DNA of 62,864 bases, filler included, from Octopus bimaculoides (lineage: Eukaryota): assembly GCF_001194135.2 (NCBI RefSeq). It is 4 parts of 4 records of this genome, joined end to end, with 100 filler letters (N's around TTAATTAATTAA, not from the genome) between each part and the next. Parts side by side here need not be neighbours in the genome. Positions count along the whole stretch, not along the records: positions 9,347 to 28,835 come from NC_069005.1; 3 more parts are not named here. One strand, 5' to 3'. Positions 11,331 through 24,727 of this stretch are shown piece after piece; positions within the stretch are counted from its first letter, which is position 1, and every line of letters begins with the position of its first letter. Below the pieces are notes generated by a model. That model saw only the letters and a program-made list of their open reading frames with translations. It did no database searches and had not been told where the DNA came from. Made by a program: the position numbers and the translations under genes.

Positions 11331-12544
11331 ATACAGCAATGTATTACACAGTAAAGTGTATTCAGTAAAATGTATTAATCTAATACAGTACCGTATTCAA
11401 TGTTTATGACAAGAAAAAGATTTTTTTATGTGAAAAATTGCGTCGCCTGGCAAGAGATATATATGTTTTCGGAGTTCATTCTTTCAGGGTGATTGTCGGT
11501 CTTTTACCACCATCACCACTACAACCACAACCACCACAACTACCACAACCACCACAAACATCATCGTCGCTAGTGTTGTCATCATATCCGCCATCCTCTC
11601 CCTCCTCTTTCTCCCTAGCAACATCGTCCTTAACGTCATGATCATCATCGTCGTCGTCGTCGTCGTACTTGCATTTGCAAGGCAAAAAAGACCTCAAATT
11701 GATACCAGTTCGTCTGATCCACTTCTATGTAGCCCCACTACTCTCATAAATCCCGTCTATTTCATCCCTCCTCCTCCTCCTCCTATAACATAAGCCTGTC
11801 CTCTTTGATCTTCATTTGGTACACAACTTTGCCCTTGTTTTTTTCATTTGTTCAACCAGCATGTCCTATCTTCCTCCTCCATTTTATCGCCTTAACTATT
11901 TTATGATTTATCGTTAGTTTTGTTTGTAGGCCCAGTGTTGTCGAACGGTTAAGAGCTTCGGTTCGAAACCACAAAGACATGGATTCCATCCTATTGTGTG
12001 GCATCATAACATTTTAGTGAAATCGGGGAAATTTCCTTGACGTAAACTGTGCTGAAGCCCGTATGCATGGATTGTACTCGAAAGTCAGAAGATACAGCCT
12101 CGTCACTCTGTGTCCCGCTGATTCTCCGGATGAATTACATTAAAGATACAAGCGTAGCTCAGTTGTTAGGATGTTGGCTCGTGATCGTAGCATTATGCTT
12201 TCGATTTCTGGACCGGGCGAAGCGTTGTGTTCTTGAACAATGCTCTTTATCTCACGTTACTTCAGTCCACTCAGCTGGAAGAAATAAGTACTCTTGAGAC
12301 GGATCGGCGTCCCCTCCAGGGTGGGGTGAGTGTATCCGCTAGAGAATCCGGGAAACCAGAGTGAGCATTATCTTTTTTGTTTCACACGTATCTCTCTTTT
12401 TCTTATTTTATATATATCTTTGCCTATGTTCCCTTTCAGGGAGTTAGAGTTGGATGGGTGGGAATGAGAAGGTTACCCTTATATCGGAAGCATGGTTTGA
12501 ATTTTTGAAACAGAGGACTCCGATAAATTTTCCCATGCTTCCAG

Positions 12545-12586
12545 GCGATGATGATAAACGGAGCAACAAGAAAGACTTCCACCCAC
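12545..12586 (+). CDS. Candidate 42-nt internal micro-exon (phase 1-1), GDDDKRSNKKDFHP
   Basis: Pyrimidine-rich acceptor TTTTCCCATGCTTCCAG, consensus donor GTAAGT, frame-preserving length, no stop. No homology recognised. Confidence 0.35.
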
Positions 12587-12833
12587 GTAAGTTACGGCGG
12601 AATTAGAACTGAAAGACACAATTAGCCGTAACAAATAATGCAAGGCTTCCGGTTCGAAATTCTTACAGTTCGTTATTACACAACTTTGGATTGGTATCTT
12701 TTTTGTTATTGATCCACGGAAGGAGGATGAAAGATCTCAGAGGGATTTGAACTCACTGCAGAAAGAGTGAGAAGAAACAGCACAAGGCATTCAGTCGCAT
12801 GCTTTAACGTCTCTGCCGATTCAACGAATTTAC

Positions 12834-12883
<50 letters not shown>

Positions 12884-12975
12884 TTATTTATTTATCTATA
12901 TCAATATCAACAAATATGCAAACACACATAAGTACACATGTATACATGCATATGTATATACATATATATACACAC

Positions 12976-13006
<31 letters not shown>

Positions 13007-14050
13007 CATATATNNNNNNNNNNNNNNNNNNNNNNNNNNNNNNNNNNNNNNNNNNNNNNNNNNNNNNNNNNNNNNNNNNNNNNNNNNNNNNNNNNNNNNN
13101 NNNNNNNNNNNNNNNNNNNNNNNNNNNNNNNNNNNNNNNNNNNNNNNNNNNNNNNNNNNNNNNNNNNNNNNNNNNNNNNNNNNNNNNNNNNNNNNNNNNN
13201 NNNNNNNNNNNNNNNNNNNNNNNNNNNNNNNNNNNNNNNNNNNNNNNNNNNNNNNNNNNNNNNNNNNNNNNNNNNNNNNNNNNNNNNNNNNNNNNNNNNN
13301 NNNNNNNNNNNNNNNNNNNNNNNNNNNNNNNNNNNNNNNNNNNNNNNNNNNNNNNNNNNNNNNNNNNNNNNNNNNNNNNNNNNNNNNNNNNNNNNNNNNN
13401 NNNNNNNNNNNNNNNNNNNNNNNNNNNNNNNNNNNNNNNNNNNNNNNNNNNNNNNNNNNNNNNNNNNNNNNNNNNNNNNNNNNNNNNNNNNNNNNNNNNN
13501 NNNNNNNNNNNNNNNNNNNNNNNNNNNNNNNNNNNNNNNNNNNNNNNNNNNNNNNNNNACATGAGGTGAATGTGTGAAGGTGACTTGGACTGGTAGAGGA
13601 AAATCATGAAGTTGTTGGCTGATAAAAATCTGCGTGGGTGGCGGGGGAGGGGGAAGAAGGAGAGAGAGCGAGAAGAAATTGAAACATACGTGTGTGAAGG
13701 ATGGTGGAGCGAGGTGGCGAGGATGAAAGTGGGAATTAGCGATTCACATGGTTGTTTCGAGTCATCAAAGACAATCTTGGCAGATAACTGTCAAACTAAA
13801 GTATTTCTTCATCCATTGTGTTTATGCCTTATGTTTTCTTGTTAGTGTTGAGTTGTGCTCTCTTTCATATTTTAACATTGTTTTTTCACTCTTTATCTCT
13901 CTCTCTCTTTCCTTCTTTCTTTCTTCTTTAACCTTATTCCCAATAGCCAATATATATCTGAAGATATGTGGTATGATGTGTGCGTTTGTGTGTATACATA
14001 TATGTAAATGCATGTGTATATATATTTATATATATTTATGTATGTGTGAG

Positions 14051-14082
<32 letters not shown>

Positions 14083-14206
14083 TGTATATATATGTATGTA
14101 TGTAGGTTTATAAATATGTTTTGCATGTGCGTGTCTACATATATATAAATGTATAATATATATGTATATGTGTGTGCTTTGAGCGCGCGCGCGTATCCGT
14201 GTGTGT

Positions 14207-14246
<40 letters not shown>

Positions 14247-14554
14247 ATCTATACGTATAAATTTCTACAGCAGCGAGCATCATATTTCTATCAATAAAAT
14301 TTAGAATTTCTTAAAGGATTTACCTTATCGATAACTGGTTTCCGTATATATATACACAAGCAAACTTACATACACACGTATACACAAGTACACGCATATA
14401 CATGAGTGAGTGTGTATATAAAATATACATATATATAATATGCATCGACATATGTATGTATATGTATATATCTATATAAATATGTATCGACATATATATA
14501 TGTACATACATATATATGTGTGTGTGTGTATGTATATATATATAAACATGTATC

Positions 14555-14607
<53 letters not shown>

Positions 14608-14909
14608 TGTAAGAATGATATGTGTATATATGCGTGCGTATGGACGCTAGTGTGCATGTGTGTGTATATGATGAGTACTCGAAAAGTGCATTTTTAATCT
14701 CATTGACATATTTGGCACGCTTATTAAATTATATACACATATATATGACAAAATAAGAGACATACATATCTAGATATATAGAAAGGGACACAAAGATAGG
14801 AACACGCATTTATGCATATACATACATTAATATTGACATACAGAATACCTATATATACGTGCATACATACATACATACATACATACATACATACATACAG
14901 ATATATATG

Positions 14910-14945
<36 letters not shown>

Positions 14946-15150
14946 ATAGAGAGAGAGGGGGGGAGAGATACAGACAGACAGACAGACAGAGACATCGAGA
15001 CAAGCAGACAAGCAGGGAGAGAAATGCAATTGTCATACATGTAAATAACATTCACTTAATATGAAACCGACATGGACAAATATACACACACACACATATA
15101 TGTATAAATGTATACATGTATGCATATGGATGTATATGCATATATATATA

Positions 15151-15192
<42 letters not shown>

Positions 15193-15862
15193 AGTGTCAG
15201 GATTCAGTTCCAATTTCCCTGTGACAGATATAAATCCAACACAACCTTATTATCAGCAGCAATGCATAAAGAGCAATATTATAACAAGAACAACAGCATC
15301 ACGACCCTCACCCCCACCACCACCATCACCATCCCCATCACCACGAACACAACCATCACTAACAACGACAACCACCATCAAGCATTCCTTCATCACCACC
15401 AGCATCACTAACACCTCTACCATCGCCACAGATACTAGTACCAGCACCATCACCACCACCACCAACACCAACACCACCGTCATCATCTTTGCCACCGCCA
15501 TCACCGTCTGCACGTACAATAATAACATCAATATATTGAGAGATATTGCAACAACAACAGCTACAATAACAACAGCCGTATTTACTATTTAAGACACTTC
15601 GATCTGTTACAATGAAAGGGATTCACCTTATATTAGCGTTTCGTAGCTATATTGCAATTGTTTTGTTTATTGTTATTGATACATCTGTGTGGTGATGGTG
15701 ATGGTGATGCTGGTGGTAGTTGTGTTCTCCATTCCTGATGAGGTCGTAAAGGTGCTGCCATAGCGGTGATCCGCGGGTATTTGCATTTTATAGCAAGCGT
15801 AGGCCATTACTCACCGCCTCTGAACAAAGATGACATTTCTGATACTGATAATAATAATAATG

Positions 15863-15940
<78 letters not shown>

Positions 15941-16497
15941 NNNNNNNNNNNNNNNNNNNNNNNNNNNNNNNNNNNNNNNNNNNNNNNNNNNNNNNNNNNN
16001 NNNNNNNNNNNNNNNNNNNNNNNNNNNNNNNNNNNNNNNNNNNNNNNNNNNNNNNNNNNNNNNNNNNNNNNNNNNNNNNNNNNNNNNNNNNNNNNNNNNN
16101 NNNNNNNNNNNNNNNNNNNNNNNNNNNNNNNNNNNNNNNNNNNNNNNNNNNNNNNNNNNNNNNNNNNNNNNNNNNNNNNNNNNNNNNNNNNNNNNNNNNN
16201 NNNNNNNNNNNNNNNNNNNNNNNNNNNNNNNNNNNNNNNNNNNNNNNNNNNNNNNNNNNNNNNNNNNNNNNNNNNNNNNNNNNNNNNNNNNNNNNNNNNN
16301 NNNNNNNNNNNNNNNNNNNNNNNNNNNNNNNNNNNNNNNNNNNNNNNNNNNNNNNNNNNNNNNNNNNNNNNNNNNNNNNNNNNNNNNNNNNNNNNNNNNN
16401 NNNNNNNNNNNNNNNNNNNNNNNNNNNNNNNNNNNNNNNNNNNNNNNNNNNNNNNNNNNNNNNNNNNNNNNNNNNNNNNNNNNNNNNNNNNNNNNNN

Positions 16498-16553
<56 letters not shown>

Positions 16554-17104
16554 GCTCTGATGCAGTACCAGGCAGTGGCTCTCATGGCTTCTGATCTTAA
16601 CTGATTGGAAGTGTTATCATGAACATTGTTTTGTCTTGGTATAAAAGATGGGCTACAGCAAATATTCTGCTCAATACCACAGATTTGCCTGTCAGTTGTT
16701 TGACCTGAACCAGTTGAGCATGACCCTTAGTGGCTGATGATATGTGCATCTCTGATCACGAGCAGAAGTAGTGGGGGAGCATCATAGCCATGTGTTGAGA
16801 GGAATTCTTTGGGGTTTGAATAATTCACCACTGGAAATATGGATGTTTCCTTCAACATCCTTAAACAACCCTTATTTAAGGACCATTTGAACGGGATAGT
16901 CTACTCGACCTGAAGAAAATTCTAACTGGCCCCCACTTGCAAGGTCATGCGCTGTTTATATTGATATGAGATCACATCACCATGTCGCGTACATATGGTT
17001 GTAATGCATGTGCCTGGTGTATAGACAGGTAGTCATGATGGGTATACTGGGCTTCGTATATTTTACCCCAGTGTCACTTTGATGGCATGCACTGCTCTCT
17101 GACT

Positions 17105-17106
<2 letters not shown>
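16554..17106 (-). mobile_element. Unclassified ~550-bp interspersed repeat (family E), full copy
   Basis: Reverse complement of 35425-35941; flanked on both sides by (TAA)n. Confidence 0.85.
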
Positions 17107-17174
<68 letters not shown>

Positions 17175-17207
17175 CACAACAATAGCAACAACAACAACAA
17201 TAATAAT

Positions 17208-17873
17208 AATCATCATCTTATTTTATGTCCGCTTTCAATGCCAGCATAGGTTGGACGGTTTTTACTGAGGACTGGCAAACTACAAGGCTGTACCAGGCTC
17301 CAATCTGTTCTGGCAAAGTTTCTACAGCTGGATTACCTTCCTAACGCCAACCACTCCGAGAGTCTAGGGAGTACTTTTTACGTGCTACCGGCACGAGGGC
17401 CAGTCAGGCGGTACTAGCATCGACCACGCTTGAATCGTATTTTTACGTGTCACCGGCACAGGAGCAAGTCAGGTGGTACTGGCAGCAACCACGCTCGAAT
17501 GGTGCTTTTTACCCATCACCGGCACGGGTGCCAGTCAGGCAGTACTGGCATCGGCCACGACGATGTCTTCCCTTGACTCAACAGATCTTCGCAAGCACAG
17601 TTTATTGCCCAAGGATTGAAGGGTACTCTTAAACAGGGCGGTTATGCTGCACTGGCGCAGGCCACGGTTACTGTTTCACATGGCTTGCGGGTCTTCTCAA
17701 GCACAGCATATCTCCAAAGATCTTGGTCACTCGTCATCACCTCCACTGGGGCCCAATTTTCGAAGGTCGTGCTTCACCACCTCATTCCAGATTTTCTTGG
17801 GTCTACCTCTTCCACAGGTTCCCTCTAACGCTAGGGTGTGACACTTTTTCACACAGCTGTCCTCATGCATACG
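17208..17873 (-). mobile_element. RTE-clade LINE 3' end (RT C-terminus, 3' UTR, (TGA)n tail)
   Basis: Minus-strand translation RMHEDSCVKKCHTLALEGTCGRGRPKKIWNEVVKHDLR..MTSDQDLWRYAVLEKTR; UTR with ~70-bp tandem repeats and the RTE terminal motif GTTGGCGTTAGGAAGG..CCAGCTGT. Confidence 0.85.
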
Positions 17874-18305
17874 NNNNNNNNNNNNNNNNNNNNNNNNNNN
17901 NNNNNNNNNNNNNNNNNNNNNNNNNNNNNNNNNNNNNNNNNNNNNNNNNNNNNNNNNNNNNNNNNNNNNNNNNNNNNNNNNNNNNNNNNNNNNNNNNNNN
18001 NNNNNNNNNNNNNNNNNNNNNNNNNNNNNNNNNNNNNNNNNNNNNNNNNNNNNNNNNNNNNNNNNNNNNNNNNNNNNNNNNNNNNNNNNNNNNNNNNNNN
18101 NNNNNNNNNNNNNNNNNNNNNNNNNNNNNNNNNNNNNNNNNNNNNNNNNNNNNNNNATATATATATATATATATATAGTTGTGTCTGGGGAGAATCATTC
18201 TCTTTTAGTACCTTATGATTTAACACACTCACCGGTAATATTTCCACTTATTTCTTTTTATTGTTTATTTTTTATCATTTTTTAATTTTTTGTGTTTTAT
18301 GTTTT

Positions 18306-18884
18306 ATTTCCATTCTATCTTAAAAGTCAGATTATAAGGAAGAAAGTATTAAACAGACTAAAGAATAATATGAAGAATAAAATAAAATGTTTCGAGATAA
18401 TAAAGTGTGAAATAGGTAAAGAATATGCTTCAACACACGAACCCACATAAAGAATCTTGCAAACCAAATCCAAAAACGAAATATATATATGAAACAATAT
18501 ACACTACCTTGCAGTTTCTTGTTTGGAGTAATGTATGTGCGGGGTTGGCAAAGATACCTACTAACTTATCTTTTTATCATCTCGCATTTAAAAAATTAGA
18601 CAGTAATAAATTAACTTTAAATAGAGACTCATTCTACTCTAGGATAAGGCAGTTCTTTTGTCACAAGAGAAGGAAGGTATTTTGAATCCTTAAAAAAGGC
18701 AAGAAAGCAGTTGATATGTAGTTGGGTCTACCTCTTCCACACGTTAGTCATTCCAAAGACTGGCCAGTCTTTATCTATTTCTCACTTTATTATCTCGAAA
18801 CATTTTATTTTATTCTTCATATTATTCTTTAGTCTGTTTAATACTTTCTTCCTTATAATCTGACCTTTAAGATAGAACGGAAAT
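18306..18884. repeat. Foldback element: ~117-bp near-perfect inverted arms, ~345-bp spacer
   Basis: 18306-18422 vs 18768-18884 are reverse complements with only about 4 mismatches by eye. Confidence 0.9.
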
Positions 18885-19769
18885 TTATAGTCAGCCTGAC
18901 TCTTTTCTTTACTTTTGTCTATTTTTTTTATCTTTGTATTTTGTATTTTGATTGTAATGGTTTTAGCTTTGTCTGTAAACTGCTGAAAATGATGTATCTC
19001 TCTGGGTATGCATTATAAAAGTGAGTGGAATGAGAAGAGGATTTAATGAAGGACTTACTTAAACAATCTCTTGAGGAGTCACATTCTACACTTTGGATGT
19101 AAGATAATGATCGCACAACAACTCACCTATGTACTAAACGTACAAAACATGAGATAACATTTCTAACGGCCGTTTCTGCTTCCAATGTTAGTCGGTGCTA
19201 TCGAAAGAAATTCCGAAAGTAATATGCGTCATCTTCATAGCACATTCGATCTAGTACATGGAGTTTCATGAGAGTGAATACAAATGCAAAAAATAAAATA
19301 AATGAATGGAAGAGGGAAGAGGAATGAACAGGGCTCCGAGATGTGGCCAAAAGGCTCAATATATTAAAATTATACCATCTTGCAACGTGGAACTTGAAGT
19401 CGATAGGCAAAAGAGTGAACTAGCAGTGATCTGGGAAAATATTTATGGGTAATCTTTAAATAAAGGGGAACCAGGGTGTGTAAATAGCAGTGAAATGAAG
19501 CTTGTACTAAAATAAGACAGGAATTACCAATATATCTAGAAAAAGAATAGTACTTATGATATCGTGAATAGGGCTAATTAATATTTATCCAAAAACAAAA
19601 CCGTAGAGTTCTTATAAATGGTGTACTTAGTGAAATATTCTAGAGACCACCACCTGTTGTCCGTAATGGAATTGACCAATGTCCATCCATCTCTATAATT
19701 GGTCAATTGCATTTAAACCAAGGGCAAAGTTAAGACCGTTACAGGGTAAACGTAAATTAAGAAGAAAAC

Positions 19770-21370
19770 TTTTAGCCTCGATAAATGTGTAAAAGCTAAC
19801 TTTATGAAAGGAAAAATGACGGAAACATCCAACGTTAATCTTGACCAGCAGAATGTCATAAAGGAGTTAGAACCAGCAGAGAGCTACAAATACCTAGGGG
19901 TAATTGAAGGTGGTGGAATCAAACACTCAATGATGAGGGAAAGGACCAAACAGAATGTTATCGCAGGGTAAGAGCAGTACTCAAGACAGAACTAAATGTA
20001 AGAAACAGGATCGAAGCAATCAATACTTTAGCCATACTGGTCGTGAGTTCCAGTTTCAATATCATTAATTGGTCAATTACTGAAATATGTATTATGGACA
20101 GAAAAATACGAAAGTTGTTGACAATGTATAGAATGCACCACCCTAAGGCAGATATAGAACGACTTTATCTGCTAAGAAAAGAGGGATGCCGTGGACTTTT
20201 ATAAGTGGAGCTAACAATGAAAATTTCCACAATTGGCCTCAACACCTACCTGAAAAACTCCAATGATTGGATTTTAAAAATTGTCTTAAAGCGTGAAAAC
20301 AAGAAATCATCATACTCAGTAACAAAACAGGCAAAGGGATATCTAAGTGAATTGCAAATACAACAAATCACAGAATTAGACGAACTAGAAACAATCACAG
20401 AAAAGCTAAGCGCATGAAAACCCGTGCCAAAACTGCTGCCTTAGATATTCTTAATGATAAATGGTAAGAAAAACCGCCGATGTTGACAAGCCCTTATCCA
20501 TCAATGATTAGTGTCTTCTGTCTTAAAATCAGAAACAGAAGGGTTTGTCATAGCAGCCCAAGATCAATACCTACTTACAAGGAGCTACCAGGCCAACATA
20601 TTAAAGAAAGGCAGTAGCCCAACATGTCGTGTATGTCAACAACAAAATGAAACCATTGATCATGTTGTCTCCATGTGCAGTTTTCTTGTGCCTACAGAGT
20701 ATCTCAACAAGCATGATAGAGTAGTACAATATATTCACTGGGTAATTTTCAAAAACCTGGACCTGTCCCATGATAAAAACTGGTGGGAACACAAACCACC
20801 TCCAGTGCTCCAAAACGATCACATCTCATTCCTCTGGAACTTCACCGTTCAAACTGACAGAAAGATAGATGCGAATAAGCCAGATATTATATTGAAAGAC
20901 TTCAGACAAAAATCATGCTTCCTCCTTGATATGACTGTCCCAATCGACATAAATGTATCTGTCAAGACCTACCAAAAACTGAGCAAGTACAAAGATCAGG
21001 AAATAGAAACTGATAAAATGTGGAACCTGAAGACTAAAACAATACCTGTTGTCATAGGTGCCCTAGGAATGATAGCAAAAAGGGCTGATTCCGCTGATTC
21101 CTACCTAGCTCACATACCAGGAAACCCCAAAATGATAGTGCTCATGGGAACTTCCCATATCCTACGTAAAATACTATGTAATTTCAAAAAAAAAACCACT
21201 TATAATTTTCTTACGTTCTCTAGAACAATACTATGTGCAAAATCAAATATGTGACACCCCAGGCATAATACCAACTTGAACTTCTAACTTGTAATCTCTT
21301 GAGGTCTCTGGGTGAGACTTGGAGTCAACTTGTACAAATACAAAGCAATGGTCAAACATATAATAACGAT
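19770..21370 (+). mobile_element. R4/Dong-clade non-LTR retrotransposon, 5'-truncated pseudogene (RT C-terminus, CCHC, RLE, 3' UTR)
   Basis: LDKCVKANF..YKYLGVIE..RVRAVLKTELN..MHHPKADIERLYL..LKSETEGFVIAAQDQ..CRVCQQQNETIDHVVSMC..HD..NKPDII..DMTVPID..KLSKYKD..PVVIGALG; frameshifts and stops present. Confidence 0.92.
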
Positions 21371-23209
21371 ATAATAAATGCGAAAACTAATTTCTGTGTA
21401 TCAGTGTGTCACACTTAGACCTCCTCTCTCACTATTCTGAGACTGAACACTGAAGTAACATGCTGAATAATATGCTGAATGAACACACACATTTAGCTTT
21501 TTGTGATGGTAATGGGCTAATAGTAATAGTATGAGCTGTAGTTGNNNNNNNNNNNNNNNNNNNNNNNNNNNNNNNNNNNNNNNNNNNNNNNNNNNNNNNN
21601 NNNNNNNNNNNNNNNNNNNNNNNNNNNNNNNNNNNNNNNNNNNNNNNNNNNNNNNNNNNNNNNNNNNNNNNNNNNNNNNNNNNNNNNNNNNNNNNNNNNN
21701 NNNNNNNNNNNNNNNNNNNNNNNNNNNNNNNNNNNNNNNNNNNNNNNNNNNNNNNNNNNNNNNNNNNNNNNNNNNNNNAGAAGAAGAAGAAGAAGAAGAA
21801 GAAGAAGAAGAAGAAGAAGAAGAAGAAGAATGAAGAGGAGGAGGAGGAGGAGGAGGAGGAGGACGAGGAGGACGAGGAGGACGAGGAGGACGAGGAAATA
21901 ATACAAAGTATTATATTCGTCTTTAACATTCGATCGCTTTGGATCGAAGCGTGCTGGGTTGATATAATCGGGTCTGAGGCGTTATAGGGTCAGCTACCTG
22001 ATTCCCTCTGCGTATAAGTAACAGATATCATGATGATATCCTTGAACGGGGCACCAATCCGTCGTAGGTTTAATAATTTACTATTGAATGAAGTGCATCA
22101 ACATGTAATGAAGTGTTTTGCTCGAGAACACAACGCTCCGCTCGATCCGGGAATCAAAACTATGATCTCGCGATTGTGAGTGCAACACCCCAATCACAGA
22201 AACACACATCTTCGCATTAAATGACTTATTTCATAGTTTGTCTTGATTATTCCTATTTCTGCTGTGGGTTCAAATCACAACGTGCTTTATTTTTGCCCTT
22301 CATCCTTTCAAGGAGCAATAATAAGATTGCTCTAATCAAATTTGCTCAGAATTGCTCGAATCGATCATGCCACTTCTTCCGTGCTTGCGTGGTATTTTGG
22401 AGGTTAGTAGGGCAACACATCGTGTCCCTACAATGCATGGTTTGGACCAGATTAGGAAACAAAAAGACCCTACTCGGTGACGCCTCAGGTGGCGGATAGG
22501 TGAACAACCTCTAAACATTGTTCCTGAAAACCTGGAATATTATTGCAGGTATTCAAGGACCAAGTCGCATCCCCAGGGCCTCGAACTTTCAAACGAATGG
22601 AGATAGAGATGTAAAAGTAGAGTTTTAAGAATATCCATGATGTGTCCTGTATAATTTCTCTCGATACCAACTGCAACTGTTAAAGATGTTCTATACATCA
22701 TAGTTTCAGAGAGTCATAATACTCTAAAGTGGAAAGTTTGAGAGATGTCTACACTTACAAGCTAACGTTTGGTTCTGCCTTCATAGTTAGCTTTGTTCAT
22801 TACGTTATAGCTTAATGCATGGTTTTTATTGCTGAAAGAGAGGATAAAGAGTAGCGCTCTTGTCGTTTGACAGGGCCTCTGGTTCTGGTGAGGAAAATGG
22901 ATGAAAGAGCTACAAACAATGGTTCCTCTTCTAAGACCGGAAATCTAGCTGAGAGTGTACTCCTCTAAAGCCACCGAAGAACAACTTAATAACGTTGCTG
23001 ATGGTGGGCGTGCGGTTATATCGATTGGTAGATAATAGCTTCTACACTGTACCGTCCATCTGGTTTTACTTACTTGATCTGGCTCAACCTGAGGCTAAAA
23101 AAGTTGTTTGCTCAAAGTCGTGCATGAGGAGATTGAACTTGGAAGTCCGAAGTCATACGAGTTCGAAGCATATCTCTTAACCACATCGCCATGTACTCAA
23201 CGCTAAAAC

Positions 23210-23297
<88 letters not shown>

Positions 23298-24044
23298 GTT
23301 ATGCCTCCCCAAATACATGCATCGATATATATCACTAAATCATGGTATGAACAAGATTATCGAAAGCTGTTATAGTCCACTGTTTCACAATACACTTCCA
23401 CGAATTGTTGTACTTTTCGAATGATTCCACCCTAACGACTAAGCAGAGAATGGTCAATATTCTTCCTGCGCGGAACGTCAGTTCGCTGCAGGGTCAGCTA
23501 TTTACAACAACGTGAAAATGCGTTTTGCTCAAGAACGCAACGCACGAACGGTCTAGGGATCGAAACCATGATTTTGTGATCGTGTGTGCAACTCCTATTC
23601 ACCAACCACGCGACTTCATATGTATGTACATATGCATCTGTATGTGTTTGTGTGCGTGTATGTATGTATGTATATATATGTATATATACATGTCTGTGTT
23701 TGGGGGGAGGGTAATTTCATGTATGTATATAAAGGGAGATCCAAAATTATAGATATACTTATAAATAGATGAATAAATTATATAGATTCCTGCAATCTTA
23801 CACAAACACATCAATTCTCTCACTTATATTCATACATACACACACCACAGATACACACACATACATACACACATATTATTATAAATGTGTGTACTTGAGT
23901 GTGTGCGTGTTTTTATATATATATATATTTATATATATATATATATATACATACATATATATACAAATATATATATTTATATATGTATGTATATACGTAT
24001 ATATATGTAGATATATATAGATATATATACATGTGTGTGTTTAT

Positions 24045-24098
<54 letters not shown>

Positions 24099-24727
24099 AC
24101 ATTTATATATATGTATGCATATGCATATATATATTTATATATATAAATACATGTACATATATGTGTGTATGTGTATATTGCACATCAATAAATATATTTA
24201 AAATTATATATGTATAAATGTATTTATTTATATTTATGCACACTTTAATCCCAGTGCTAAAAATCCACAATAGATAATTTCTATCTTTTAACTGTAATTT
24301 CGATAGAAATTTGGGGACCGATATATCGATTTATTGATCAGTGAGCAATCGTGATGGCTTTAATTGAAATCTTTAGAATTAGCGTATAAAACTGCAACAA
24401 CAACCACAGCAACTTGAAGTCATGTCACATATCAAATGGTAATTACAATAACAAGAGCATCAACAACAGCGTACACCAGTTTTTAACAAGACCAGCAAAT
24501 AATATTTGCGAAAACTGTAATGGCAAAACGAAGAGAAAGACGACGCCGATGACGACGGACAGGAGCCTGTGTGTGGCCATTCATCCTGTAAGAAATCTCG
24601 CTTAATTCATGCACTTCACTGTTTTTAAGAGGGGTATATAGGATGATGCAGTCATTTATTATATATCTAGACACACACGCACGCACACACACACACATAC
24701 ACACACACACACACACACACTCATGTA

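Noticed and set aside
11420-11700. Ser/Thr/Pro- or Asp-rich ORFs (also 15194-15592 and 45090-45353)
   Set aside because: Degenerate trinucleotide microsatellites (CAC/CAT/CAA) with no splice or homology support.
15735-15760. CTGATGAG as a hammerhead core (also CTGATGA at 53752)
   Set aside because: No stem II followed by GAAA, and no stem I, at a suitable distance.
15811-15840. Minus-strand mini-exon (EMSSLFRG) before GCG|GTGAGT
   Set aside because: Good donor, but the acceptor lies in a (TTA)n tract and there is no independent support.
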